Positions 1 through 8,911 are shown, numbered from the stretch's first letter. The stretch: DNA of 40,657 nt from Candidatus Tenderia sp. (GCA_031416075.1 JANOSY010000067.1:1-40657); one strand, 5' to 3'. The notes: generated by a model not told the origin, from the sequence alone. Numbers and translations are program-made.

Positions 1-134
1 TGTGTGACTCTTCGGGAGACCTGCTACTTCTTGCCGTGGGTGTTGCTGTGTGGCGTAAAGTCAGTGCCTTTGCGTACCGGTGACCCCCACCAGTGTGCCG
101 TTTCGGAGTTGTGCGTGCGGGCATTTTAGCATGG

Positions 135-139
135 GGACT
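135..139 (+). repeat. Target-site duplication GGACT (left copy)
   Basis: Identical 5-mer directly outside both TG...CA termini. Confidence 0.9.
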
Positions 140-152
140 TGTAGGGGGGTGA

Positions 153-165
153 TAGTAATACGACA
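153..165 (-). repeat. Degenerate transposase-binding site, left terminal
   Basis: TAGTAATACGACA starts 13 nt inside the left end, mirroring 38622-38634, which lies 13 nt inside the right end; shares the CGACA core. Confidence 0.6.
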
Positions 166-245
166 AAGAGAAGAACACACAAAAAGCCGAAAACGCACAA
201 AAAAACATGCGCTTAGCTAATCTTTACCCCCGGCACGTATTCTAC

Positions 246-258
246 TCATTTTGCGACA
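246..258 (-). repeat. Transposase-binding site, left end
   Basis: TCATTTTGCGACA is the exact reverse complement of TGTCGCAAAATGA repeated at the right end. Confidence 0.85.
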
Positions 259-367
259 AAAAACAGCTATCAAGGCACTTTTACCGGTAAAAAAAGGCTG
301 AACACTGGTAATAAACAGTCATTAATTAACCATTAATAGGGTCTTGACGGGTATTTAATGAGGCGTT

Positions 368-388
368 AAAGGGGCACGTGGCCCCTTT
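368..388. terminator. Candidate intrinsic terminator after the methyltransferase gene
   Basis: AAAGGGGC-acgtg-GCCCCTTT hairpin with A/T tracts on both sides, 10 nt past the stop at 399. Confidence 0.6.
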
Positions 389-398
389 GTTTGTGGAT

Positions 399-1160
399 TT
401 AAAAGTTTTTGATGATCAATTCCGAGGCGCGCTTCGCTTTTGAGCCGCCCCCAACCGTGTAGTTGATATCGACCGATTGGATATTCAGATCAGCAAACAC
501 TCCGCGCATCTTGGGGTGGTCGTTTAGACTGATGATCATCTTGCCCTTGATTGACTTTGCCACCTCCGCCAGCGCTTCATACTGTTCCATGCCGAACGCA
601 ACCCCATAGCCTTCTGTGTCCCAATATGGGGGATCGGCATAAAAGAGGGTGTAATCCCGATCATATTTAGCCACGCACTTATCCCACGAGAGGTGCTCGA
701 TGTAACACCGAGATAGCCGTAAATGTGCATCGCTCAGATTTTCCTCAATGCGCAACAGGTTCATCTTTGGCGGGGTGCTGGGTGCTGTGCCAAAGGTCTG
801 GCTTTTGACCTTAGCCCCAAAAGCGCACTTCTGCAGATAGAAAAACCGCGCAGCCCGCTGGATATCCGTCAGCGTCTCCGGATGTGTCATCTTCAGCCAC
901 TCGAATATCTGGCGGCTGACCAAGGCATGTTTGAACTGTCGGTGGAACTCCTCGAGGTGGTGCTGAGTCACCCTGTACAGGTTGATTAGCTCCCCATTGA
1001 TGTCATTGATTACTTCTGTTTTGGCCGGTTCCTTCATAAAGAACAGGGCCGCCGCGCCGCAAAACAGCTCTACATAGCATTTATGCTCAGGGAATAACGG
1101 CAGCAGATGTTTAGCCAGGCGGCGCTTACCGCCAATCCAGGGGATAATAGGTTGGGTCAT
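399..1160 (-). CDS. D12-class N6-adenine DNA methyltransferase (Dam-like)
   Basis: PWIGGK N-terminus, YVELFCGA SAM-binding motif, DPPY catalytic motif. Confidence 0.95.
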   Translation of the reverse strand: MTQPIIPWIGGKRRLAKHLLPLFPEHKCYVELFCGAAALFFMKEPAKTEVINDINGELINLYRVTQHHLEEFHRQFKHALVSRQIFEWLKMTHPETLTDIQRAARFFYLQKCAFGAKVKSQTFGTAPSTPPKMNLLRIEENLSDAHLRLSRCYIEHLSWDKCVAKYDRDYTLFYADPPYWDTEGYGVAFGMEQYEALAEVAKSIKGKMIISLNDHPKMRGVFADLNIQSVDINYTVGGGSKAKRASELIIKNF

Positions 1161-1302
1161 GTGAGCCTCGTTTATGGTTATTGAGTTGTGATAGGCTTGC
1201 CCGGCTGTGATCGCAGCGGGGAAGCCTTGGTTGGCTCACAGGCAGTACACCTGTGTGTTGACGGCCTGGCCGGTGTTGATGCACCGACCTGGTCGCTTCC
1301 TT
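1160..1302. promoter_or_regulatory. Structured methyltransferase leader / candidate antisense RNA
   Basis: TGTGAGCC(1160-1167)/GGCTCACA(1233-1240) pairing over the RBS and start; further hairpins AGGCTT/AAGCCT, CACAGG/CCTGTG, CGGTGT/GCACCG. Confidence 0.55.
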
Positions 1303-1342
1303 CTCCTTGAAAACCAGCCCGAATGGGCCGATACTATTCATA

Positions 1343-1446
1343 GCTGTAACGTGCTGAGGCTGGAAAAGCGCCGTGCCAGCGGTTGATCCTGACGTGCATC
1401 AGTGACATCCAATGTGGGAGTGGCGACCCACCAGCACGTTTACAGC
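1343..1446 (+). ncRNA. Candidate cloverleaf (tRNA-like) structured RNA abutting the MuF stop codon
   Basis: Closing stem GCTGTAACGTGCTG/CAGCACGTTTACAGC (14 bp, 1 bulge) enclosing arms GCTGG/CCAGC, CTGA/TCAG and GTGGG/CCCAC; strand inferred from geometry and an upstream TTGAAA-N17-GATACT. Confidence 0.55.
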
Positions 1447-2684
1447 GTTCCTATCAGAAGCTCATAAAGCCCCCTGTTTTTCAGCGACTCCAGCGGCACC
1501 ATCGTGCCCGTGCGTACTGTATTGGTCACCCCGGAATAGCGCTGCCCATCCAGCCCACGGGCTTTGATCGCATAATTGATCTTCACCACAAATTTGCCCC
1601 GGCGCGCCTCGCCCGGCACCGTAAACACATACAGCAGCCCCGGCTGGTTTTTATCCCACAGCACAGCATCGGGCTGGGCAACAAAATCAGGCAACGCCCG
1701 CACAATATCAGCAGGCACATGCTTGCCATCCTTCGCATCCCGCAGGGCATGCATAATATCCTTATCCATCACAGTGATCACCGCCGTGATCGGCGTTGCC
1801 CCCTTGGCAATCAGCGCATCCACCACGCCATTGCTCAAATACCCCACCGTGCGTACTTCCCCCAGCGCCTGCTGGCGATCCAGCAGGCCATTGGCCCACG
1901 GAGAAAACCCTTGTTGCAGATGAGGCACCAGGCCCTGCGCCCCCTCCAGCGCCGCCCGCCGCAACGGCTCGGGCATGGCCATGATCGACTCACCAAAGGC
2001 GATATCCGGTCCCAGCCACGCCTTGCCCACGTTGTAATCCCAGCCGGGGTCGATGCCCTTGGGCACCGGGCCATAGACCTCGCCCGTTTTAACGTTAATG
2101 CGCTCGGTAGGATCCAGGGGGGGCGGTTCAGGAACGGTCAGCCCCTCACTCTCAATCTGGCGCTGGCTCAGTGTGCGTACCGTGCAACGGCAGCCCCAGC
2201 CATTGGGCGGGTAGTGCGTATTCCACCAAGGCGAATCGATCGGAAATACCATCTCATCCCACGCTGCATGTTGGGGCCGCACCCGGCCATCGCCAGCGGT
2301 CATGTATTGCATATAGGGACGACGATCTTTGGTACGTTGCGCCTGCTGCCACTGCCCCGCTGCATGGGCCGTGCGCAGGTTGGTGTCATAAATCACCCGC
2401 GTCCGCCAGCCACGCTTGCCGTTGTAGCTCCAGCCATGCTTTTGCACCGCCTCATCAAACCGTTTACGGAATTCGGTGATGGTGGTGCCGTTGGTGATCG
2501 CATCATCTACCGCCTGGCGCAGGTCAGACAGCAGCTCCAGCTTGGTCGCCCCCGCCACCGTAAACGCCTTGGCATGGGTCTCGCCGTCGATGGCATCCCA
2601 GTAGGGGGTGGGTAGATCGAGCTTGCCCCGGAAGTGGTTGATGGCCTCAGTGAAGGGAACGCTGCCGTATTGGGGGTCAGACAT
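1440..2684 (-). CDS. MuF (gp30-like) head morphogenesis protein with C-terminal extension, possibly a PBECR-type nuclease fold
   Basis: AFTVAG, TNLRTAHAAG, GDGRVRPQH and YPPNGWGCRC motifs; about 170 extra residues after DPGWDYNVG. Confidence 0.9.
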   Translation of the reverse strand: MSDPQYGSVPFTEAINHFRGKLDLPTPYWDAIDGETHAKAFTVAGATKLELLSDLRQAVDDAITNGTTITEFRKRFDEAVQKHGWSYNGKRGWRTRVIYDTNLRTAHAAGQWQQAQRTKDRRPYMQYMTAGDGRVRPQHAAWDEMVFPIDSPWWNTHYPPNGWGCRCTVRTLSQRQIESEGLTVPEPPPLDPTERINVKTGEVYGPVPKGIDPGWDYNVGKAWLGPDIAFGESIMAMPEPLRRAALEGAQGLVPHLQQGFSPWANGLLDRQQALGEVRTVGYLSNGVVDALIAKGATPITAVITVMDKDIMHALRDAKDGKHVPADIVRALPDFVAQPDAVLWDKNQPGLLYVFTVPGEARRGKFVVKINYAIKARGLDGQRYSGVTNTVRTGTMVPLESLKNRGLYELLIGTL

Positions 2685-2982
2685 GAGCTACCAGCCACGC
2701 ATCGGCATGTGGATAGATGGCATTAACAGCATCAATGTGCCACTTAGGAATGCCCAGGCCAGGCAGATCATTAGTGACGGTGACGGCATGCACTATTTTC
2801 AATGTGCGATCCTGCTTGCCATATCCAAGTGAAAAATGGATTTTTCTGCCACTGTAGATGTTTTTGAGGTTCCAGCCACGATGATCAAGCGGACGGATCT
2901 CGCAGTCCTGCACCCCATTCTTGATTTTGTTGTAGTACTCACGGAAAAGTGGACAAAAGAAAGGTTTATCCATGACCATCAC
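2677..2982 (-). CDS. ASCH/PUA-like domain protein
   Basis: PLFREYYNKIKNGVQDCEIR...FSLGYG resembles the ASCH GxKxxExR signature; overlaps both neighbours. Confidence 0.55.
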   Translation of the reverse strand: MMVMDKPFFCPLFREYYNKIKNGVQDCEIRPLDHRGWNLKNIYSGRKIHFSLGYGKQDRTLKIVHAVTVTNDLPGLGIPKWHIDAVNAIYPHADAWLVAHV

Positions 2983-3224
2983 GCACCCCCTTTATTCAGC
3001 AATGAGCGAAGATGGTTTATCTTTTGTTTTCCGATCGCTTTTTCTGACGTCGATAATGGCCTGCGGTCGAGCTGATTATGGCCAAAATGCCAACCTCTAA
3101 CCCACGCGTTTTTTTTATCAACACGTCTATACTGGCAGTCATCAATCGGTTGCCCACGTAGAGCGGCCATTTGCCCCTCTTCGAAAAAGGGCTGCATTGA
3201 TATATTTACATCAGCCAGCATCAT
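2979..3224 (-). CDS. Rmf/CrpP-like small protein
   Basis: FEEGQMAALRG...DCQY...AWVRGW matches the ribosome-modulation-factor pattern G..AG..G...CPY...W..GW. Confidence 0.6.
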   Translation of the reverse strand: MMLADVNISMQPFFEEGQMAALRGQPIDDCQYRRVDKKNAWVRGWHFGHNQLDRRPLSTSEKAIGKQKINHLRSLLNKGGA

Positions 3225-4719
3225 CCACCCCCATCAAACCCCCCACCATCAACGCCTGCTGCGTCAGCTCCCCCAGCCGCTGGTCGTCAATCTTGGGATA
3301 CATCTCCAGCAGCCCGTCGCGGAACTGCTCCAGCGTCTCCACCCCGTCCAGCAGCGCCCGGATCGGCGCGGCCATGTCAGCAATGATCTTGTCCGCCTCT
3401 GTCGCGGCCTGGTCAGTCAGTTTGTCGATGGCGTCACCACCATCTGCACCGGCAAACTCATGGGCGCAATGGGGGCAGCTGTGGGCGTTGAACTGTGCGG
3501 GGGGACCAGGCATCGGCCCATCACGGGACAACACCGGTTCGCCATCAACAGGTGCCGGAATTTTCAGCCAGCGATAGGCAAATGAGGCGGGCACATCCAT
3601 CATCTGGCGCGCCTTATCCAGCGCCTCCACCCGGCTGGTGTTAACATCCTCCTCCTCAAAAAATTCAAACACCGGGGCCACCGCCCCCGCCACGTTGAGC
3701 GCCGTGATCCAGCGCATCAGCTCATTCATGGTATCGCAAACGATTTCCCGGTCGGCTTCGGTCACACCATCCGCCCGCGCCGAGTGTGTCTCTGCCGCCG
3801 CCCGGCTGCCCTGGCCATTGATCTCGGTCGCCAGAGTTTGCGACGTAAGTGCCTTGCTCATCTCGCGATTGCACGACTGAATCAGCCGCTCCTGAATCGA
3901 CTCACCGCCCTGGCTCAACGACAACAGCTCTACCGATCCATCATCCGGTATCGCCGCTACACCGTCTTCCACCATGCCCGCCAGATTCTGCGCCAGCGAC
4001 TTAAAATCATCCGGGGATGCGCCGCGTGGTAGCTTGCCAATCGCCCACGGCACCCCGTATTTTTCGCAAAACTTCACGAAAAATTTAAACCCTGAATGTT
4101 TGAATGTGTAGGGCCAAAAACAGGACGAAAACACCGCCACCCCATAGGGATTGTCATACGTCGGCATGTGGCGCGATACCAGCCACTTGTAATCATCCAC
4201 CACCTCACCGCTCATCGGCTTGGCGCGGGTCCGCAGCAGCAGCTCACGGTCCGGGCCGTAGCGAAACAGCCGCCCCGGTTTATCCAGCAGTCGGGTCGGC
4301 ATCAGCACATCGCCCTGCTTGGCCCATACCACCTCATGGATGCGCTGGCCGCGCAGCACCGCGCTAAACATATTCCAAAAAACATCGCCCCAGCTCATGC
4401 CCGGCGCGGGGCGCTGGCTCATGTATGCCTGGCACAGCTCCAGCGCCCGCAGATCAGCCGGGGCATCGCCACCGGCGCGCAGCCGCCACTCAAAACCCAG
4501 CAGCCCGGCACGGGTAGAGCGCAGCTCCCCCATCACATGGCTATCCAGGGCGATGGCCTCAAACACCTCTTCGCTTTTGCCCATCTTGCGCAACACCACA
4601 TCCGGGTTGGGCAGGAAGTTGAGCACCGAATAAAAATCAGGGTCGTTGTGATGGCTGGCCATCTGCTGCATCAGCGCCGCATTGCCCTTGGCCATTTTTT
4701 TTATGTTCTGTTTTTGCAT
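3211..4719 (-). CDS. Portal protein (Mu gp29/DUF935)
   Basis: NPYG, EKYGVPWAIGK, SKALTSQTLAT and GSRAAAETH motifs; ATG at 4719 just after the terminase stop. Confidence 0.93.
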   Translation of the reverse strand: MQKQNIKKMAKGNAALMQQMASHHNDPDFYSVLNFLPNPDVVLRKMGKSEEVFEAIALDSHVMGELRSTRAGLLGFEWRLRAGGDAPADLRALELCQAYMSQRPAPGMSWGDVFWNMFSAVLRGQRIHEVVWAKQGDVLMPTRLLDKPGRLFRYGPDRELLLRTRAKPMSGEVVDDYKWLVSRHMPTYDNPYGVAVFSSCFWPYTFKHSGFKFFVKFCEKYGVPWAIGKLPRGASPDDFKSLAQNLAGMVEDGVAAIPDDGSVELLSLSQGGESIQERLIQSCNREMSKALTSQTLATEINGQGSRAAAETHSARADGVTEADREIVCDTMNELMRWITALNVAGAVAPVFEFFEEEDVNTSRVEALDKARQMMDVPASFAYRWLKIPAPVDGEPVLSRDGPMPGPPAQFNAHSCPHCAHEFAGADGGDAIDKLTDQAATEADKIIADMAAPIRALLDGVETLEQFRDGLLEMYPKIDDQRLGELTQQALMVGGLMGVDDAG

Positions 4720-4720
4720 A

Positions 4721-6337
4721 TCAGTATCCTGATGTATCAACGTGATCACGGCGCATTGTGCCCGCCGTCACAATACGGGGCGCCCCCCCGGCGCGGCTGA
4801 CGGCTAGCATCCACAACATCTGTAGCGCATCCGGCCCATCATCATGGTCGGCCTTTGGCCAGTGGCGCAGCTGCTCAAGCAGCGTAGTCTGTTGGGGGTG
4901 AAATCGAATCAAACCGTTTTTAACGTGGGGCTGGAGCGTCTCGATACGCAGCGCCTTGTCGGTATGAGGGGTGATAGCCATCGCCGCCACCGGCACACCC
5001 CGCGCCGCTGATCGCTTCACCAGCTCGGTGCGCAGAAACTCCTGAAACTGCACCGCCTCCACGCCCCACACCATGCAGCGGTACTCCTTTTCAAGAGCGA
5101 TAACATCCTCAATGATTTTGTCCGGCAGCCGTTTACAGATGGCCGCCTCCACCACGTCGAGTACTCCAGTCTCCAGATTCAGGCCGCCCACCAGAATGGC
5201 CGACGGATCGCGCCCCTTGTTGTTCTTGCCCAACGACGGATCAACCGCGCCGAAGAAGACCCAGCGCGAAAATGGCTGTATCCAAAACTGCACCTCGCCA
5301 AACGGTGCATCCTTGATGCTGATAGGGTCGTTCTGCAACTCGGAGTCAAACGACTCATGACCATCACGGGCACGGACGATCATCAACTTCACCAGCGGGC
5401 GGGCAGCGGGCCAGCTCACCACTGCGCCGCGATCCATCTCTGTCTGACGTTGCCGGTAAAACTCTTGCGCATCAGCCTCGCCCTGGTTCAGCAGGATCTC
5501 TTCGAACTTGTCCCATAGGTCCATGCGATGGGGCCACTCGATCACGGCTTGGAAGCGCTTGGTTTTCCAGAGCGGATTTTTGAGGATGCGCGACAGCACC
5601 GAGTCGTAGTGCAGCACGGTACCGATATAGACCAGATCCATCGACCCATCTGCCGCCCCCAGCTTGAGCACCGTCTTCTTCAGCCAGCCCTCCAGCTTGT
5701 CGCGCTGCTCCGGGCTGCGCACGTTCTCGTCATTCTCCAGGTCGTCGCAGATCACCAGATCAGGGCGGTGTGGGCCGTGGCGCAGGCCGCGCATACGCTT
5801 GCCGGAGCCGAATGCTTGCAGCTTGATGTTCTGGCTAGTGACAATCACACCCTGCTGCCAGACGCGCCCTTGCCCCACCGCCTCGGGGAAGTCCATCTGT
5901 AGGCGGGGGTTGGCTTCGAGTTCGGCCTTAATCGCCTCCAGCATGGTGGCCGCCTGGTCAAAGGCGTCCATGATGATCGGGATGTAGTGCTTGCGCCGGT
6001 AGACCACGCACCAGACGGCGAATATCTGCGAGGTGATGGTGGACTTCGCCTCGCCACGCGGCGCGGCGATGCCCAGCATCTGCCCGGCAGGGTTGGCCAC
6101 CACAGCAGGCAGCTCGGCATATAGGTACTCATGCAGCAAGCTGTTGTCGTATTTGATGTAATGCGGAAAGTAGGTGCGGGCAAAAAACTCCAGGCTCTCG
6201 CCACTCTGCTTTTTGCGCTTGGCTGTCGCGATGGGATCGACTTCAAACCCCATCACCTCCGCCTCGATCATGCGGCGCAGATCACCGGCCAGGCTGGCCA
6301 GGTCGGTGATGAACTGGCTGGATGAGAGCTTAGCCAT
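4721..6337 (-). CDS. terL: Terminase large subunit
   Basis: APRGEAKST Walker A, ICDDLEND Walker B, AVDPS and HDDGPDA nuclease motifs. Confidence 0.95.
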   Translation of the reverse strand: MAKLSSSQFITDLASLAGDLRRMIEAEVMGFEVDPIATAKRKKQSGESLEFFARTYFPHYIKYDNSLLHEYLYAELPAVVANPAGQMLGIAAPRGEAKSTITSQIFAVWCVVYRRKHYIPIIMDAFDQAATMLEAIKAELEANPRLQMDFPEAVGQGRVWQQGVIVTSQNIKLQAFGSGKRMRGLRHGPHRPDLVICDDLENDENVRSPEQRDKLEGWLKKTVLKLGAADGSMDLVYIGTVLHYDSVLSRILKNPLWKTKRFQAVIEWPHRMDLWDKFEEILLNQGEADAQEFYRQRQTEMDRGAVVSWPAARPLVKLMIVRARDGHESFDSELQNDPISIKDAPFGEVQFWIQPFSRWVFFGAVDPSLGKNNKGRDPSAILVGGLNLETGVLDVVEAAICKRLPDKIIEDVIALEKEYRCMVWGVEAVQFQEFLRTELVKRSAARGVPVAAMAITPHTDKALRIETLQPHVKNGLIRFHPQQTTLLEQLRHWPKADHDDGPDALQMLWMLAVSRAGGAPRIVTAGTMRRDHVDTSGY

Positions 6338-6834
6338 CAGCCAAACACCTCGCTCACCCGCTGCCCAAACGGTTCCAGCAGTGCCACGAATGGATCTAGC
6401 TGTTTTGGGTACTGCTCTCTGATGAATCTAGCCAGCTCTTCCAGTACACGCATCGCCACCGCCAACTGGGCAATCTTGCTATCGCCGCCGCCGGCGGCCT
6501 TCATAGTTTTGGTGTAAGCATCGCTCAAGCGGCTGATCGCCTCCGCTTTTTGGAATGGGCTGCCCTTTTCGGCTTTGATCTCTTCCAGCGTGGATTGAAA
6601 CAGCAGCGCAAAATCCTCCAGCACCTGGGCAGTGATATCCCCCAGGCTGCCCGCCGCCATGCGACCCGCCGCGCGGGCTTTGTCCCAGTGGTCGCCTGCC
6701 TCGGCAGCGGCCTTTTTCCAGGCGCGCGCAGTGGCGTAACTGACACCGTGTTTCTCGGCAGCGGCCTCTAACGGCAGGCGGTCGTACACATACGACGCGC
6801 GCACCGCGTTGCGGGTCTCTGGCGCGTGTGCCAT
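6337..6834 (-). CDS. DUF1804-like terminase small subunit
   Basis: MAH...R..YV..RLPLE.AA...GVS..TAR.WK N-terminal HTH; directly upstream of terL. Confidence 0.85.
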   Translation of the reverse strand: MAHAPETRNAVRASYVYDRLPLEAAAEKHGVSYATARAWKKAAAEAGDHWDKARAAGRMAAGSLGDITAQVLEDFALLFQSTLEEIKAEKGSPFQKAEAISRLSDAYTKTMKAAGGGDSKIAQLAVAMRVLEELARFIREQYPKQLDPFVALLEPFGQRVSEVFG

Positions 6835-7074
6835 CTACGCGCCGCCGCTACCTGAATGGAGGGCGGATTTGATTGACTCGATCAGCAATACCACCCCCAC
6901 GCTGGTGGCTATCCCGGCAATAGCCCCGTGGCGACCCCCCGCCACTTTCAGGGCGACCACATCATTGCTCAACGAGGTTATCGCCTGGCTTTGTGACGCC
7001 AGTTGATTATTGATCCCCTCCAGCTGGCCTTTAATCTCACCCAGCAGCATCATGGTGTTGCCTGATTCACTCAT
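6835..7074 (-). CDS. Small coiled-coil protein with C-terminal membrane segment (possible holin/accessory lysis protein)
   Basis: LLGEIKGQLEGI coiled coil then GAIAGIATSVGVVLL; coupled to neighbours. Confidence 0.65.
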   Translation of the reverse strand: MSESGNTMMLLGEIKGQLEGINNQLASQSQAITSLSNDVVALKVAGGRHGAIAGIATSVGVVLLIESIKSALHSGSGGA

Positions 7075-7310
7075 CGCTTAACCCTCTCAAATACAGATTG
7101 ACACTCAATGCAGCGACACGCGCCGGGCTTGGCGATCAGCCGCGCGGCTAGAATAGGATTGGCACACTCACGGCAGCACGGCAGCCCGTCGATCATCAGC
7201 GGCTGCGCCTCATCGGCCAGCGTTGCCAGTACGGCATTCACGCCGCGCTGGTTGAGTTCGTCGGCGTATTGGCTGGCGGTGTCCAGGGGATCAGGGAAGC
7301 GCTCAAGCAT
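7071..7310 (-). CDS. TraR/DksA C4 zinc-finger protein
   Basis: D.LD.A N-terminus, CREC...I..AR....PG...CIECQ; ATG at 7310 overlaps the upstream stop. Confidence 0.88.
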   Translation of the reverse strand: MLERFPDPLDTASQYADELNQRGVNAVLATLADEAQPLMIDGLPCCRECANPILAARLIAKPGACRCIECQSVFERVKR

Positions 7311-7815
7311 CGTCTGCCTCCAGCGCCATGACCAGCCCGCACAGGCGTAAAAAATCGCCGGGATCGGCGGTTTGTGAAAACTGATATCCGGTCTTTTCCC
7401 ATACGCGCTGCACAAACGTAGAACAGACCAGCCCGGCGGCTATTTTGCGGCGGGTAATCTGCGCCCACCACACGGGCAGCAGGGACCAGTAGGAGTATCT
7501 CTCCTGACGGTGTTTTAACACCTCAACCCGCAGATCAGCAGGCCGTTTTAAAACCTGTTCCGGCGCGGTGCCATAGTACAGCGTGGCACCACTGGCCAGC
7601 ACATCCTCCACCCACAGCGATGCCGGTTGCAGGCGATAGCCGATGCCCTCTTTCATCTCCGCCACCCATAACGTGGTATCGATCCAGACCAGCAGCGCCA
7701 CATGGCTGATCTGCTGGCCGGTGAGAACACGGATGAGCGTGCTGAAAAGACCGCGCCCCTCCGCCATCAGCACGTCGCCGTTCAGTGCAATCTGCCGCAT
7801 CGCTAGATATTTCAC
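7303..7815 (-). CDS. Permuted papain-like amidase (YaeF/YiiX, NlpC/P60 superfamily)
   Basis: GDVL...S..IR..T....SHVA (His first), then LVCSTFV (Cys later). Confidence 0.75.
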   Translation of the reverse strand: MKYLAMRQIALNGDVLMAEGRGLFSTLIRVLTGQQISHVALLVWIDTTLWVAEMKEGIGYRLQPASLWVEDVLASGATLYYGTAPEQVLKRPADLRVEVLKHRQERYSYWSLLPVWWAQITRRKIAAGLVCSTFVQRVWEKTGYQFSQTADPGDFLRLCGLVMALEADDA

Positions 7816-8384
7816 AGCAGTGCGCCGATCCGGGCAGCGGCTGCGCCCACTGTCAACAGATCCGATACGGTCTGGGTAATGTCCGCCCCACTGGGGGCGT
7901 TAAGCAGCTCCTGCAACGCCTTATTGGTCAAGCGGGCTTGTAGATCAAACGCAATCAGCAGCTCTTGTTCAGCGGGGGATAACTGGATCAATCGTGGGCA
8001 GGTGCCCGGTGTTAGCATGTCACCTGCCGCTTGCGGGCAGATCATCTGGCGCGCAGTAATGTAGGACGCCTTGCCCGCGTCCGCCAGCCGTCGCACATCG
8101 TCCGCCCGTACCAGCGCCATTGCCAGCCCACCGCTACTCGTGACCAGGTCATGGGCGGTCGTGCGTAACGTGCTCAACTGTTGGTGCAGCACCGTCATCT
8201 GCACCCGTTCATCCGGGGCCAGATCCAGCCGCCCCACTGTCTGCGTCACCGCATCAAATTGGATATCCAGCAACGCCACCCCGGCACTTACCTGGGCAGT
8301 ATTAATCACAAACTCACGACCACAGCCCAGCAGGGCTAGGGCAAAGGTAACTACGGCTAAAAACGAGAATGAATGACGTATCAT
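7812..8384 (-). CDS. Lipoprotein in the lysis module
   Basis: Signal peptide with LALLGC lipobox; GGAG RBS; follows the endolysin. Confidence 0.7.
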   Translation of the reverse strand: MIRHSFSFLAVVTFALALLGCGREFVINTAQVSAGVALLDIQFDAVTQTVGRLDLAPDERVQMTVLHQQLSTLRTTAHDLVTSSGGLAMALVRADDVRRLADAGKASYITARQMICPQAAGDMLTPGTCPRLIQLSPAEQELLIAFDLQARLTNKALQELLNAPSGADITQTVSDLLTVGAAAARIGALL

Positions 8385-8407
8385 GAAAATGATCTCCTTG
8401 TTAAAAA

Positions 8408-8911
8408 CTATGTGATAATAAAATCTGCCAACCGCGCCATCCAGCCAGAGGCGAACACCGCCTGTGTTGGATCTCGGCTAATAATCTGCCCGTAAAATAG
8501 GCACCGTTGCGCCAGTACCCGCTTATATGCCATCTCAGGCACAGCCCGATTAATCGCTGCCAGGGTAATCGGTCCTATCACACCATCAGACTTAGTCGCC
8601 ACAGCCTCTTGTAGCCAGCGCGTAGCGCGGTTAACGCCGTGGTTAACACCACAGTCGATCACTAGAGCTTGCAGTGCTGGGTTTTTGATTTGATCAAAAC
8701 GAGGGGCGGTAATGTAGTCATGGTGATAGATGGCGCGGGCCTCGGCCTGCGTCATCTTTTTCACATCATCGAGCGTCACCGGTTGTTTACGCCACGCCGA
8801 TAAAACCGCCTGCGTAATACCAAAATTGGTCGGCCCACCACGGTCAGCCTGGTGGTTCACAAACCCACCTTCGCGCCGCAGTATGTCACTAACAATGGAA
8901 TAGAGATTCAT
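8408..8911 (-). CDS. Endolysin, glycoside hydrolase family 108 with peptidoglycan-binding domain
   Basis: REGGFVNH.ADRGG.TNFGIT, D.GVNHG, DGVIGPITL, F..GW..R. Confidence 0.92.
   Translation of the reverse strand: MNLYSIVSDILRREGGFVNHQADRGGPTNFGITQAVLSAWRKQPVTLDDVKKMTQAEARAIYHHDYITAPRFDQIKNPALQALVIDCGVNHGVNRATRWLQEAVATKSDGVIGPITLAAINRAVPEMAYKRVLAQRCLFYGQIISRDPTQAVFASGWMARLADFIIT

Noticed and set aside
279-292. Perfect palindrome TTTTACCGGTAAAA near the left end
   Set aside because: Single AT-rich occurrence; no function can be supported
1126-1341. 71-aa ORF as a Com translational activator
   Set aside because: No CxxC...CxxC zinc finger; the region is better explained as structured RNA, though a leader peptide is not excluded
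1343-1446. Canonical tRNA gene
   Set aside because: No TTCRA T-loop, no 7-nt anticodon loop, no CCA; kept only as tRNA-like
1383-2615. 410-aa + strand ORF
   Set aside because: Antisense shadow of the well-supported MuF gene; Arg/His/Pro-rich with no motifs
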